From an uncultured Bacteroidota bacterium (GTDB lineage Bacteria; Bacteroidota; Bacteroidia; 2-12-FULL-35-15), in the NCBI GenBank assembly GCA_903847205.1, contig CAINDA010000065.1, positions 67,929 to 131,928 of the forward strand: a stretch of DNA of 64,000 nt. The letters are read 5' to 3'. Made by a program: the position numbers and the translations under genes. The notes beneath the pieces were generated by a model, which did not search any database, was not told where the DNA came from, and worked only from the letters and a program-made list of their open reading frames with translations. Every line of letters begins with the position of its first letter. Positions within the stretch are counted from its first letter, which is position 1. This document shows positions 29,311-37,702 of the stretch, in pieces.

Positions 29311-30348
29311 ATGCTGAAAAAAATAACACTGATAACAATATCAAGAAACCGGCATCCCTATCTCGAGAGAATTATTGATTATTATGCGAACAGCGCCATT
29401 CAAGTGCTTATTGCAGATGACAGTAAAGAAAAATATTCAAAAGTCCTGCCTCCCAATACTGCGTATTACCAATATTCAGGAGTGCCTTATTTATTCAGGT
29501 TTGATGATATAATTCAAAAAGTAAAAACTCCTTACGTTGTATTTTGTGCCGATGACGATTTCATTGTTCCTGAAGGAATTTCAAAATGCGTTTCATTCTT
29601 AGATACTAATCCCGATTATAACTCTGCTCACGGGCAATATGTTTTTTTTTATCACAGCAAAAATAAACTGTTTTACACACCAGGTTATTTAGTTACAGTT
29701 GGGTGTGATATTAATGAAGATACAGCAATGGGCCGGACTGAAAGGTATAAAAAACTCCCTATTCAATTATGCTATTGTGTTCACAGAACAGAAAATTTGA
29801 AGCTGACATTTAACACTTTAAAAAATTCTGTAAATAATTTAGGCCTGTTTGAAACTATAATAGGTATGAAAACTTTAATTGAGGGGAAACATAAAGTATT
29901 ACCTGTTTTTTATTCTGCGCGGCAAAGTTTATACAGCTCCGCAGGCAGCGGCGCCAGCATTGATGTTTGCGCTTCAAAGGATGAATATAAAAATGAATAT
30001 AATTCCTATCTTGTTGAAATGGCTTCCCTGCTCTCAAAAAAAGATAATATCCCTTTTGATGAAGCATTTGCTTTTTTTAAACAATTGATGGTTGAATTTG
30101 TTGATTATAGATATATTTCAAAACCATCTTCAAAAAAAATGATGATGAAGTTTATAAAAAAAACAATTCCTTTTGGCCTGCGTAAAGGAGCACGTCATTA
30201 TTTATTACTTCTTCAGGAACAAAACAAGAAAAAGAATAATATTCAATTATCTCAAAAAATAAATAGTTTTCCTTTTATCACAGGCAGTCCTGAAAATAAA
30301 GAACTTCAAAAAATAGAGAACTGTATTTTAAAATATAATGTAAAGTAA
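29311..30348 (+). CDS. Putative GT-A fold glycosyltransferase (GT2-like)
   Basis: The N-terminus ITLITISRNRHPYLERIIDYY...VLIADDS resembles GT2 (IPTYNR...DDGS). FCADDDF is a possible DxD motif. Length is 345 aa. The match is weak. Confidence 0.4.
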   Translation: MLKKITLITISRNRHPYLERIIDYYANSAIQVLIADDSKEKYSKVLPPNTAYYQYSGVPYLFRFDDIIQKVKTPYVVFCADDDFIVPEGISKCVSFLDTNPDYNSAHGQYVFFYHSKNKLFYTPGYLVTVGCDINEDTAMGRTERYKKLPIQLCYCVHRTENLKLTFNTLKNSVNNLGLFETIIGMKTLIEGKHKVLPVFYSARQSLYSSAGSGASIDVCASKDEYKNEYNSYLVEMASLLSKKDNIPFDEAFAFFKQLMVEFVDYRYISKPSSKKMMMKFIKKTIPFGLRKGARHYLLLLQEQNKKKNNIQLSQKINSFPFITGSPENKELQKIENCILKYNVK

Positions 30349-30395
30349 ATTCTTTAATTTCGGGTTCATAACAACCTCTAAAATCAAGCATCTAA

Positions 30396-31877
30396 TTGGG
30401 AATTATAGAAAAGCAGGCAACCAAAAACTTAATATACTCTTATCTTGGAGCAGGGCTTGGTTTTGTTACTTTAATGTGGTCGTCGCATTTATTAAGTCCG
30501 GATGAAAACGGATTAACGCGCATTTTACTTTCAATCACAGCTCTCTTTTCTCAATTTGCAAGTTTAGGATTCAATGCAGTAACCTCTCGTTTTTTTCCTT
30601 ATTTTAGAAATAAAGAAAAAGGCCATCATGGCTACCTGTATTATGGCATCATCACCACTTTAGCCGGATTTACGCTATGTTACATTACATTCTATTTTTT
30701 CAAAGATCAAATAATTGCCGATAATCAACAAAAATCAAAGTTATTTGCCGACTATCTTTTTTACTTAATGCCTCTTACCTTCTTCACTTTATTTTTTGGT
30801 TTATTCGATTACTATTTAAGAGCCTGTTATAGATCAGTTATCGGCTCCTCTTCAAAAGATTTAACCCAGCGCATTTTAATTCTGGCAGTCCTATTTTTAT
30901 ATTTTTTAAAAATAATCAACTTTAACATTTTTGTTTTTTTATATGTTGCAGCAACTTGTATTCCTACTTTAATTCTTCTCTATTATATTGTAAAACTTGG
31001 CGAATGGCATGTAAAACCTGTTAGAGGATTTGTGAGCAAAGAGCTTAGAAAAGAAATGATAAACCTTAGTTTATATGCAATAATAATAGGTAGTTCCGGA
31101 ATTTTAATGTCGAGTATTGATGTAATAATGGTGAATCAAAAATTGGGCCTCAAACAAACTGGTATTTACGGCATTGCGTTTTATTTCGGCAGCATCATAA
31201 TTATTCCATCACGCTCATTACTGCGGATTGCGATGGGGATTGTTGCTGATGCATTTAAAAAAAATGATCTGGAAGAAATCAGCCGTTTGTATAAAAAATC
31301 CTGCAACAGCCAGCTGACAATCGGTTTATTACTTTTTATCGGAATATGGTGTAATATAAATAACATTATGGCTTTATTGCCTCCGGAATATGCAGGAGGT
31401 AAAAACGTAATACTGTTTATCAGTTTAGGCAATTTAATAGATATGGGAACCGGCTTTAATTACATCATAATGATGACTTCAAAACATTACAGGTTTGATG
31501 GAATATTTATGATCATTATTTTATTTTTAACAATATTTTTAAACTATCTTTTGATTCCCATCTACGGAATCACAGGATCAGCAATAGCAACAGCAACAAC
31601 CATTGCAGCTTATAATATTATGAGATGGCTGTTTTTACTTTTCAAATTTAAAATGCAGCCTTACGATTTAAATAATGTAAAAATTATTGTTATCGCCGCG
31701 ATAGCTTTTTTACCCGGGTATTTTATGCCGTACTTAAATTTTCTGGTGATTGATATAGCCGTGAGAAGCGGGATTGTAGGAGGATTATTTATTCTCTTAC
31801 TTTTAAAAACGGAAGCAGCCCCCGAAATAAATATCAAAATCAGAAAAAACCTGAAACGATTTTCAATTCATATTTAG
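30396..31877 (+). CDS. Wzx-like oligosaccharide flippase (MOP superfamily polysaccharide biosynthesis protein)
   Basis: A 493-aa protein with ~12-14 TM helices. GLTRILLSITALFSQFASLGFNAVTSRFFPYF is a Wzx-type N-terminal block. The predicted start is TTG. It is a clear paralog of the gene at 59764..61233. Confidence 0.65.
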   Translation: MGIIEKQATKNLIYSYLGAGLGFVTLMWSSHLLSPDENGLTRILLSITALFSQFASLGFNAVTSRFFPYFRNKEKGHHGYLYYGIITTLAGFTLCYITFYFFKDQIIADNQQKSKLFADYLFYLMPLTFFTLFFGLFDYYLRACYRSVIGSSSKDLTQRILILAVLFLYFLKIINFNIFVFLYVAATCIPTLILLYYIVKLGEWHVKPVRGFVSKELRKEMINLSLYAIIIGSSGILMSSIDVIMVNQKLGLKQTGIYGIAFYFGSIIIIPSRSLLRIAMGIVADAFKKNDLEEISRLYKKSCNSQLTIGLLLFIGIWCNINNIMALLPPEYAGGKNVILFISLGNLIDMGTGFNYIIMMTSKHYRFDGIFMIIILFLTIFLNYLLIPIYGITGSAIATATTIAAYNIMRWLFLLFKFKMQPYDLNNVKIIVIAAIAFLPGYFMPYLNFLVIDIAVRSGIVGGLFILLLLKTEAAPEINIKIRKNLKRFSIHI

Positions 31878-31920
31878 GATTTCCCTAACAGCAATATAGC
31901 TTCCTTCCTTTGATGAAAAA

Positions 31921-31953
31921 AGACCTGACAGGTTTTAAAAACCTATCAGGTCT
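31921..31953. repeat. 33-bp palindromic element, copy B (intergenic, likely bidirectional terminator)
   Basis: AGACCTGACAGG-TTTTAAAAA-CCTATCAGGTCT has the same arms and spacer length as the copy at 2566-2598. It lies between the convergent flippase (+) and YfhO-like (-) genes and is flanked by A and T runs. Confidence 0.6.
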
Positions 31954-32040
31954 AAATTAAAAAGCAGCATAAAATGCGAGGCCGAATCTATTAAATCATT
32001 ACACAAAAATCAAGATATAATACATCGAAACGCCTGTGTA

Positions 32041-34563
32041 CTATTGTTCTTTTTTTCTAAATGAAAGAAAAATCGAAGCCCCTGCAGCCAAAAACAATAA
32101 AATACAAGAGGCCAGTGAAATTTTTTCTCCAAGGAAATATTTTTTGGGCTCAAATTTGAATTCAATCTGATGCTTCCCTGCCGGAATGCGCATTGCACGC
32201 AATACATAGTCGGCTCCAAAGTGAGGTTTTGCAACACCGTCAATGTAAGCATCCCAGCCTTTATTATAGTAGATTTCAGAAAAAACTGCCAGTTGCTCAG
32301 TACCCGCATTTGATTCGTATTTAAGGTCATTAGGTTTACATTCCAGTAGTTTAATGGAAGCAGAACCGTCTGGTTTTGGAGAGAAGCCATCCAGTTCATT
32401 GTGGTATCGTTCATCAACAACTGCAGTATTTCCAGGGTTTACCTCTCCTATTGTTTTAATTTCTTCGTCCGCATTTTTAACAACTTTCACTTCCTTAACA
32501 AACCAGGCATTTCCCAGTGCATAACGGTTCTGCAGAGGAGATGCATCCGGATTGTAAATAATATAACGTGCGTTCAGCATATTCAATACCCCCTGCTTTG
32601 CAAAAACAGCCCGTAACGACGAATCATTTGGGTTTGATTTCAGTGTTGTCATTATATCCTGAATACTATTTTGAATATGCATATCTATCAAATCCTGGTA
32701 CCGTCTCAATTTTGCTGCATGGTAGCCGCCAATTGATTTATGATAATACGATGTACCTGATTCATTAAAAGTATTTACAGCAATATTCAACACACGGTAA
32801 TCCGGATCTTTGTCCTCTAAAATTTCCTGACTGGCTTTTGTTAAAGGAAAAGGAACAGCTGCCTCTTGTTTTGTTTTAAAATTTTTATCATTTACATATC
32901 CTTTATCAATCTGAACTAAATCAACAAAAATTAACAATCCTAAAACTACAGTCAAAATAGTTTTATTAATTATTGATTTAAAAAACAGCCAGATCGCGCC
33001 AGCGGCAAGCGTTATAAAAATAAAACTTCGCAATGCATCTGATTTAAATAATGTAATACGGGCAATTTCAACATTGTCAATAAATTTTTGAGCAATTACT
33101 GCACCGTTGCTCTTTAAAATCTGATTGTACATTTTATCATACTCGCCGTCGCCGAAAAATGTGGTTAAGCCCGGCATAATGTAATAAATCAATGACAAGC
33201 CGCCAGTTATTGCGAATGAAATAAAGAAAGCATTTTGAACACTTATTTCCTTTTTGATAAAAGCAATTTTGATTTTATGTTTAAAAAAATCAGGGTTCTT
33301 TAATATTTTATTTATTGCCAATATCGCCAAAAGCGGAATTGTAAATTCTGCCACTACCAATATCATAGAAACTGCTCTGAATTTATTATAAGCAGGAAAG
33401 TGATCTAAAAAAAATTCTGTCAAAGGCATAAAATTTTTGCCCCACGACATCATCAGCGAAAACAGCGTACCAGTTAACAGCACCCATTTCATCCGCCCCT
33501 CAACAATAAATAATCCGAAAACAAATAAAAATATAATAATGGCTCCTGCGTAAGGCGACATAGTAAACGGCTGATCGCCCCAATATTGCGACATGCCTCC
33601 GATACTTTCACGCATATCAGGATCAACATTTTTCAAGGCGCTTTTATTTTCACCTACACTTATTGATGAAGACCGCCCTTTAAAACCCGGAATCATCAGT
33701 GTCATCGTTTCAGAAACACCCATGCTCCATTGTGTTGCATAATCTTTATCCAAACCAGACGTTTTATTTCCTTTATCAGACGACAATTCAGAAGCACCTC
33801 GTATTGTTACTGAAGCGTAATCAGCAGTGTTCCATAAATTACTGATATTGCATCCAATAGCCAAAACACCCGCAATGGCGAATATGCCGATACTTTTTAA
33901 AATTGCTTTATACTCTTTTTGTTTAATGCGCGCCACCCATTCAAATGCTATATAAATACCTAAAAACAAAAACAAATAATAAGTTATCTGAACGTGATTC
34001 CAATATAATTCCATTCCTAAAAAAAGCGCTGTAAGCGCGCCTCCAAGCAGATATTTACCTCTGTTAACAAGTATAACCCCCGCAAATACCAATGGCATGT
34101 ATGCAATAGCAAATGCTTTTGTAATATGCCCGGCATCAATTATTATAAAGAAATATGCAGAAAATGCAAACGCCACGGCCCCGAGAATACTAAGCCATGG
34201 ATCAATCTTAAGCACAAGCAGCAGAATAAAGAAACCTAATAAATAAGAAAAAACAATATTGGCCGGAAAAGGAAGCCACAATGTAGAAACGCCGCGAAAA
34301 TACAACAGCAGATTATCCGGATGCCGAATTGATATTTGATATGCAGGCATACCCCCGAACATTGAATTTGTCCATAAAGGTTCTTCATGATACTGATCTC
34401 TGAAATCATTTGATTCTTTTGCCATTCCGGCGCTTGAAACCATATCGCTCTGTATAATTACTTTCCCTTTTAATACAGGTGTAAAATATCCTAGAGTCAA
34501 AACAATAAAAATTACTATTGCTGCAATAATCGGAACAAGTGCTTTAAGATTGATATTTTTCAT
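32041..34563 (-). CDS. Large polytopic membrane protein, YfhO-like (putative glycan/lipid glycosyltransferase family)
   Basis: 840 aa with ~14 TM helices in the N-terminal two-thirds and a soluble C-terminal domain plus a final TM. The overall architecture and N-terminus (MKNINLKALVPIIAAIV...) resemble the YfhO family. No motif-level confirmation. Confidence 0.45.
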   Translation of the reverse strand: MKNINLKALVPIIAAIVIFIVLTLGYFTPVLKGKVIIQSDMVSSAGMAKESNDFRDQYHEEPLWTNSMFGGMPAYQISIRHPDNLLLYFRGVSTLWLPFPANIVFSYLLGFFILLLVLKIDPWLSILGAVAFAFSAYFFIIIDAGHITKAFAIAYMPLVFAGVILVNRGKYLLGGALTALFLGMELYWNHVQITYYLFLFLGIYIAFEWVARIKQKEYKAILKSIGIFAIAGVLAIGCNISNLWNTADYASVTIRGASELSSDKGNKTSGLDKDYATQWSMGVSETMTLMIPGFKGRSSSISVGENKSALKNVDPDMRESIGGMSQYWGDQPFTMSPYAGAIIIFLFVFGLFIVEGRMKWVLLTGTLFSLMMSWGKNFMPLTEFFLDHFPAYNKFRAVSMILVVAEFTIPLLAILAINKILKNPDFFKHKIKIAFIKKEISVQNAFFISFAITGGLSLIYYIMPGLTTFFGDGEYDKMYNQILKSNGAVIAQKFIDNVEIARITLFKSDALRSFIFITLAAGAIWLFFKSIINKTILTVVLGLLIFVDLVQIDKGYVNDKNFKTKQEAAVPFPLTKASQEILEDKDPDYRVLNIAVNTFNESGTSYYHKSIGGYHAAKLRRYQDLIDMHIQNSIQDIMTTLKSNPNDSSLRAVFAKQGVLNMLNARYIIYNPDASPLQNRYALGNAWFVKEVKVVKNADEEIKTIGEVNPGNTAVVDERYHNELDGFSPKPDGSASIKLLECKPNDLKYESNAGTEQLAVFSEIYYNKGWDAYIDGVAKPHFGADYVLRAMRIPAGKHQIEFKFEPKKYFLGEKISLASCILLFLAAGASIFLSFRKKEQ

Positions 34564-34805
34564 TTTTTATTGATTTTGTTTTAATGTATTTAAATGTAAG
34601 ATCTGATTTAATTTAAAATATAATTTTAAGAGTCATTGCGTTTTTTTAACAGGCGCAAATATAAACTAAAATGACTTAAATATATAATTGATTCAGCGAT
34701 ATGTTCCAGTTAAAAAGTAATAAAAACCGCATTTCTTTGACCCTGCCGGAGATATATTGAATCAACATTATTTATGTACTTTTACTAATTCAAAAATATT
34801 CAAAC

Positions 34806-35621
34806 ATGAAAAACTTAATTAATCCGGCATATTTAACCGAAGAAAAAATAAAAGAAATTCGCCTTCAGTTCCAAAATGCTGCACCTTGTAAACATGTTGC
34901 TTTAGATAATTTTTTGGACACCGCCGCCGCGAATACGCTTTACGAAAATTTCCCAAAACTGGAAACTCTGAATGTAAAACGGAAAAGCATCAACGAAAAT
35001 AAATCGGAAGAATACCATTTAGACAGGTATCATCCTCAGTTTAATGAGCTGCGCGATTTTTTAAATTCACCCGAAATGTATGAGTGGATAAGTAAAGTTA
35101 CAGGCATAGAAGGATTAAGCTCTACTTATGATTCATTGGGATCAGGCGTTCACCAGGGCGGACCAGGCAGTTTTGTGGATATTCACGTTGATGTGAATAT
35201 GAACACTGCTGAAAAATTACATCGTAGAATTAACCTGCTCATCTACCTGAATAAAAACTGGAAAGATGAATACGGCGGGGCTTTGGAGTTTTGGGACAAA
35301 GACGTAAAAAACTGCATTTCCAAAGTTATGCCTTATTTTAACCAGGCTGCAATTATGGTTACTGATGAAACATCGTACCACGGTTATTCAAAAATCAATA
35401 TCCCTGAAGGTGAAAGCCGCAAATCATTCTACTGCTATTATTATACGCCCGCAGGCAGCGATTTTGTTTACCGCGATTCCCGCTTTAAAAGCCGTCCCGA
35501 TGAAAGTATGACAAAAACAGCAATTACAGAAGTAAAAGAAACTTTAAAAATAAATGCAAAAAAACTTCTGAAATTTTTAGGTGTTAAATCTTTAGATTTT
35601 CAGGATAAGAATAAAAAATAA
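34806..35621 (+). CDS. 2OG-Fe(II) oxygenase superfamily protein
   Basis: HVDVN gives the HxD motif and SYHGYS the distal His. The block RRINLLIYLNKNWKDEYGGALEFWD is typical of prolyl-4-hydroxylase/PhyH-like enzymes. Length is 271 aa. Confidence 0.6.
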   Translation: MKNLINPAYLTEEKIKEIRLQFQNAAPCKHVALDNFLDTAAANTLYENFPKLETLNVKRKSINENKSEEYHLDRYHPQFNELRDFLNSPEMYEWISKVTGIEGLSSTYDSLGSGVHQGGPGSFVDIHVDVNMNTAEKLHRRINLLIYLNKNWKDEYGGALEFWDKDVKNCISKVMPYFNQAAIMVTDETSYHGYSKINIPEGESRKSFYCYYYTPAGSDFVYRDSRFKSRPDESMTKTAITEVKETLKINAKKLLKFLGVKSLDFQDKNKK

Positions 35622-35654
35622 TTCACCCCTCTTTCCTTCAGGGATAGATTCATT

Positions 35655-36455
35655 ATGGCGGACGATCTAAAAAATAAAGTAATCTGGATAACAGGTGCAT
35701 CCTCCGGTATCGGTGAAGCGCTGGCGTATGCATGCATAAACGAAGGTGCAAGGCTGGTTTTATCTGCACGCAGAGAAGATGAACTAAAACGGGTTGCTGC
35801 AAACTGCAAAACAGATCCGAAAAATATTCTTATTCTTCCGCTCGATCTTGAACACACCGAAAACATTGAAGAAAAGGTAAAAGAAGTAATTCTGAAATTT
35901 GGGAGAATTGATATCCTGATAAATAACGGGGGCATGGGACAGCGCGGAAAGGCACTGAATACAAGCACGGAGGTTGACAGAAGAATAATGGAGATAAATT
36001 TTTTCGGCACTATTAATCTTTCAAAAGCGGTTTCCCGGATTATGCAGAATCAAAAATCCGGCAAGATAGTAGTAATTTCAAGTATTATGGGAAAATACGG
36101 GCTTCCGCTTTATTCAAGTTATGCAGCCTCGAAACATGCCCTACACGGCTATTTTGAATCACTCCGACAGGAACTGTATGGTGATAATGTGCAGGTATTA
36201 ATTGTAAGCCCCGGGTTTATTAATACTGATATAAGTTTAAAATTACTTACTGAAAACGGCGGACAATACGGTGTTAAAAGCGACGCGCAGGAAAAAGGGA
36301 TGTCTGCAGAGGATTGCGCAAAAGGAATTCTGAAGGCCGTTAAAGGAGGCCGTAACCATAAGTATGTAGGCGGGTATGAATTATTTTCGGTATTTGTAAA
36401 ACAGTATTTCCCGAAAATGTTTTATAAGCTTATGAGAAAAATGACAAAAGAATAA
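35655..36455 (+). CDS. Short-chain dehydrogenase/reductase (classical SDR)
   Basis: VIWITGASSGIGEALA is the TGxxxGxG motif, NNGG is present, and YSSYAASKHAL gives YxxxK. Length is 266 aa. Confidence 0.8.
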   Translation: MADDLKNKVIWITGASSGIGEALAYACINEGARLVLSARREDELKRVAANCKTDPKNILILPLDLEHTENIEEKVKEVILKFGRIDILINNGGMGQRGKALNTSTEVDRRIMEINFFGTINLSKAVSRIMQNQKSGKIVVISSIMGKYGLPLYSSYAASKHALHGYFESLRQELYGDNVQVLIVSPGFINTDISLKLLTENGGQYGVKSDAQEKGMSAEDCAKGILKAVKGGRNHKYVGGYELFSVFVKQYFPKMFYKLMRKMTKE

Positions 36456-36571
36456 GTTTGCATAAAAAAATTATACGGCCTTTTATTCGGTTCAATTTCT
36501 GAGGTAACTTCTGGTAAAAGGACGGAGAGCCTGCTACAAACAGAAAGCCGGCCGATTATTAAATTTGGGGG

Positions 36572-37267
36572 TTATTGGCAATTACAATTATTGGTACATG
36601 TTTGCCAAACTTTTTGTAAAGCATCTGCTAAACCATCTTTTAATTGCTTTTCTGTTGTTACGGTATTTGCTCCCGCTTCTTTATAACACCCATGGGCTAA
36701 CAAATATTTATATTTGGCATAATTGGCACAGTTCTCTGCCCATGCAAGATGCTGTTCAATTGCCAAGTCCTTGTATTTTTTTACAACAGGATCGGATGTA
36801 CTGTTGTTTTCGCAGTCGGCGAAAGTTGTTGCTGCAGCATTTTCGCTTACATTGTTTTTACTTTCATTTCCAAGTGCTATTCCAGTATTTTTTACTTCAT
36901 CTTTTTTAAATTCAAGGTTCTGTCCGTTTAAGAAAATATTTAAATGTTTTGTATCCTCTTTAAGTGAAAAAAAGTCGGGCGCAGTATAGGATCCAAGTGG
37001 CGTACTTAATTTTAATGTATATAAGTCGATGGGAAGGGTTAGTGTTTTTGCTTCTTTCGGATCAAATATATATTGATTCTCGTTAAAATATATTTTAACA
37101 GCCGCATCCCCCTCCCATATTGCCTGAAAAGTAATGCCGGCAGTAACTGGAGATTTTTTTGATTGATCTGAATTGGCAATTGTATTCTGTTTCACATTCT
37201 GTGAAGATAAAATGGATGTCGTAAAATTTAAAGTGATAAATGTGATAAAAAAGAATTTAGCTTTCAT
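36572..37267 (-). CDS. Hypothetical secreted protein
   Basis: Signal peptide MKAKFFFITFITLNFTTSILSSQN with a Cys-rich C-terminus. The overlapping + strand ORFs are low-complexity artefacts. Confidence 0.5.
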   Translation of the reverse strand: MKAKFFFITFITLNFTTSILSSQNVKQNTIANSDQSKKSPVTAGITFQAIWEGDAAVKIYFNENQYIFDPKEAKTLTLPIDLYTLKLSTPLGSYTAPDFFSLKEDTKHLNIFLNGQNLEFKKDEVKNTGIALGNESKNNVSENAAATTFADCENNSTSDPVVKKYKDLAIEQHLAWAENCANYAKYKYLLAHGCYKEAGANTVTTEKQLKDGLADALQKVWQTCTNNCNCQ

Positions 37268-37702
37268 TGAATTGAAATGGCTGAAATATTTAAGGTTTAG
37301 TGAACAAGTATCCTGTTAACATTAAAATAATATCTTTTTTGAAATATATATCCAAAGGGAAACGGCATTTATTTTAATTTTTTTGCAGAGCGAATTAATT
37401 TAAATTCAAATGGTTGTTTCTTGATAAAAACTGAAAATATGATTAATATCATGAAATGTCGTGTAAAGTTAAATCAAAAAATTATTGGTTTGAAGGTTTT
37501 CGACAGATATTTATAACGGGCAGATAAATCCTATAAAATCTGGATTATTGGGCAATAAATCCTTTAATGAATAATTGCAGCTTATTATTTATCTGCTGAA
37601 GCTTTTATGTTTTCTGAAATATTTTTTATGATATATGTTGTAAAATCAAAGGAAAGGGAAAAGAATACTTTGGGTGGAGTAGTGGCAATTTTATAATAAA
37701 AA

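Noticed and set aside
36565-36989. Plus-strand ORFs 36565..36909, 36723..36989, 36749..36931
   Set aside because: They overlap the minus-strand 231-aa signal-peptide protein, which has a much more protein-like sequence. The plus-strand translations are Leu/Phe low complexity.
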